Source: Streptosporangiaceae bacterium (GTDB lineage: Bacteria > Actinomycetota > Actinomycetes > Streptosporangiales > Streptosporangiaceae). From it: a stretch of DNA of 64,000 nucleotides. The stretch is from positions 2,295 to 66,294 of the forward strand of contig DATKRH010000242.1 in NCBI GenBank assembly GCA_035532295.1. Direction: 5' to 3'. Positions within the stretch are counted from its first letter, which is position 1; each line of letters starts with the position of its first letter. Shown here one piece after another: positions 59,769 through 64,000 of the stretch. Both the position numbers and the translations under genes were made by a program. The notes under the pieces were generated by a model. That model ran no database searches and had not been told where the DNA came from. It saw only the letters and a list, made by a program, of their open reading frames with translations.

Positions 59769-60925
59769 TGTCGGTCCTACAGGGGGCCGTTGAGTCAACG
59801 GCCCCTGTTTCGAGGCTGCACGAGCGGCAGTCATTCGACCCGGCGGACTTCGGGGTGCCCACCGGGCGCGAGGAGGAGTGGCGGTTCACGCCGCTGCGGC
59901 GCCTGCGCGGCCTGCACAGCGACTCCGTCGTGGCGGACGGGAAGGTGTCGGTCGACGTCGCCGCCGCGCCAGGCGTCAGCGCCGAGAAGGTCGAGCGCGG
60001 CGACCCCCGGCTGGGTACCGCCTTCGTTCCCGCCGACCGGGTCAGTGCCCGCGCGTGGGCCTCGTTCACCGAGGCCACGGTCATCACGGTGCCGGCCGAG
60101 CTGGACAGCAGCGAGCCGACGTGGATCGCCGTGCGCGGCGAGAACGCCGCCGGCGCCGCGTTCGGTCACCTGGTGGTCGATGTCCAGCCGAACGCCAGGG
60201 CCGTCGTGGTGCTGGAGCACACCGGCTCGGCCACCTACGCCGACAACGTCGAGCTGATCGCGGGTGACGGCGCTTCGCTGGCGGTGGTCAGCCTGCAGGA
60301 ATGGGCCGACGACGCGGTGCACCTGTCGCATCATCACGTGCGGCTGGGCCGGGACGCCAAGGTCACCCATACGGCCGTAACGCTGGGCGGCAGCCTGGTC
60401 CGGCTTGCCCCGACGGTCCGCTACGGCGGACCGGGCGGCGACGCGGAGCTGCGCGGGCTGTACTTCGCCGACGCGGGCCAGCACCTGGAGCACCGGCTGT
60501 TCGTGGATCACACGGAGCGCAACTGCCGTAGCCGGGTGTCCTACAAGGGCGCGCTGCGGGGACAGGACGCGCACGCGGTGTGGATCGGCGATGTCGCCAT
60601 CCGCCCCGAGGCGACCGGGACCGACACCTACGAGTACAACCGGAACCTCGTGCTCAGCGACGGGACGCGGGTGGACTCGGTGCCGAACCTGGAGATCCTG
60701 ACGGGCGAGGTGGTCGGCGCCGGGCATGCCAGCGCGAGCGGGCGCCTGGAGGACCAGCACCTGTTCTACCTGATGGCCCGCGGCATCCCGTTCGAGGAAG
60801 CGCGGCGGCTGGTCATCGAGGGCTTCTTCGGCGAGCTGATCGGGCAGATCGAGGTTCCCGAGCTGCGGGACCGGATCGGCGCCGCGATCGAGCGGGAGCT
60901 GACGATCGGCGCGGGTGAGCGCTGA
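59768..60925 (+). CDS. sufD: Fe-S cluster assembly protein SufD
   Basis: Position after sufB and SufD beta-helix region (…YKGALRGQDAHAVWIGDV…LFYLMARGI…). Confidence 0.9.
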   Translation: MSVLQGAVESTAPVSRLHERQSFDPADFGVPTGREEEWRFTPLRRLRGLHSDSVVADGKVSVDVAAAPGVSAEKVERGDPRLGTAFVPADRVSARAWASFTEATVITVPAELDSSEPTWIAVRGENAAGAAFGHLVVDVQPNARAVVVLEHTGSATYADNVELIAGDGASLAVVSLQEWADDAVHLSHHHVRLGRDAKVTHTAVTLGGSLVRLAPTVRYGGPGGDAELRGLYFADAGQHLEHRLFVDHTERNCRSRVSYKGALRGQDAHAVWIGDVAIRPEATGTDTYEYNRNLVLSDGTRVDSVPNLEILTGEVVGAGHASASGRLEDQHLFYLMARGIPFEEARRLVIEGFFGELIGQIEVPELRDRIGAAIERELTIGAGER

Positions 60926-61239
60926 TGGCCGAGTTCGCACGCGCCTGCGCCGTATCCGAGCTGCCGGACGAGGGAGCGATCGGCGTCCAGATCGGCGACG
61001 TCCCGGTCGCGATCATCCGGGCCGGGGGCGACGTCTACGCGATGCGCGACGTGTGCTCGCACGAGGAGGTCCCGCTGTCGGAGGGCGAGGTCTACGACCA
61101 CACGGTGGAGTGCTGGCTGCACGGCTCCTGCTTCGACCTGCGCACTGGCAAGCCCACCGGACCGCCGGCCACCCAGCCGGTGGTCACCTACCCAGTCAAG
61201 ATCGACGGCGATGACGTGTACGTCTCGCTGCCCGCATAG
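60925..61239 (+). CDS. Rieske (2Fe-2S) ferredoxin-type protein of the actinobacterial suf operon
   Basis: CSHEEVPLS ... CWLHGSCF, i.e. the CxH...CxxH Rieske ligands. Confidence 0.85.
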   Translation: MAEFARACAVSELPDEGAIGVQIGDVPVAIIRAGGDVYAMRDVCSHEEVPLSEGEVYDHTVECWLHGSCFDLRTGKPTGPPATQPVVTYPVKIDGDDVYVSLPA

Positions 61240-61250
61240 ACGCAGGAGAG

Positions 61251-63839
<2,589 letters not shown>

Positions 63840-63843
<4 letters not shown>

Positions 63844-64000
63844 CCGAGCAGAGCACGGAACTGAGCGAGTCCGTCGAGACAGCGGGGCCCGGCGGCGAGC
63901 TGACCCCGGAGACCGAGGACCTGCTGGAGGCGCTGCGGGACGTGGTTGACCCGGAGCTGGGCGTCAACGTCGTGGACCTCGGGCTGGTGTACGGCGTCTC
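63840..64000 (+). CDS. sufT: Metal-sulfur cluster assembly factor (DUF59/SufT-like), 5' part; truncated by the window end
   Basis: ATG 63840 overlaps the sufU stop. LRDVVDPELGVNVVDLGLVYGV is the typical DUF59 start. Confidence 0.8.

Overview
Very GC-rich actinobacterial chromosomal segment (46 of 60 bases are G+C at 6001-6060). Long antisense ORFs are therefore common, and I treated them as artefacts. The backbone follows conserved actinobacterial synteny. It runs uvrC-rapZ-yvcK-whiA, gap-pgk-tpiA-secG and rbpA. After a variable block come pgl-opcA-zwf-tal-tkt (reverse strand), ctaA, an EamA exporter, an ABC-2 exporter pair, and finally sufR-sufB-sufD-Rieske-sufC-sufS-sufU-sufT. Two variable blocks interrupt this backbone. 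(1) 9.6-22.8 kb carries gadB, a RibD-C-like reductase, glgX, an AidB-like acyl-CoA dehydrogenase, cysH with a tiny Cys-rich ORF upstream, a whiB-like gene, lsr2, mscS, satP and a TrkA-type channel. (2) 33.4-57.5 kb carries a Nudix gene, a decayed LuxR gene and a gamma-glutamylation catabolic operon (permease, GlnA-like ligase, aldehyde dehydrogenase, SDR, PuuD-like hydrolase, S10 peptidase) with a divergent FadR regulator. It ends in an island of about 14.6 kb (42.9-57.5 kb) that looks horizontally acquired. The island opens with an internally deleted IS256-family transposase remnant and a clearly AT-richer stretch. It then holds a tight five-gene plus-strand operon (43453-50498): a papain-like Cys/His/Asp protein, an MtrA-like/thymidylate-synthase-like/DUF4346-like fusion, a HAD hydrolase, a small ParB/Srx-like protein, and a 1089-aa protein with a degenerate metallophosphoesterase N-terminus and a paralogous ParB/Srx-like C-terminus. 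I do not recognise this gene combination as a named system. It is my best candidate for an undescribed nucleotide/DNA-modification or conflict system. A 1738-aa TIR-like/P-loop STAND/WD40 NLR-like gene converges on the operon. A divergent 2-TM protein and a decayed DUF1998-type helicase remnant follow it. By eye I found no rRNA, tRNA or CRISPR array. All domain calls rest on motif reading by eye, not on searches.
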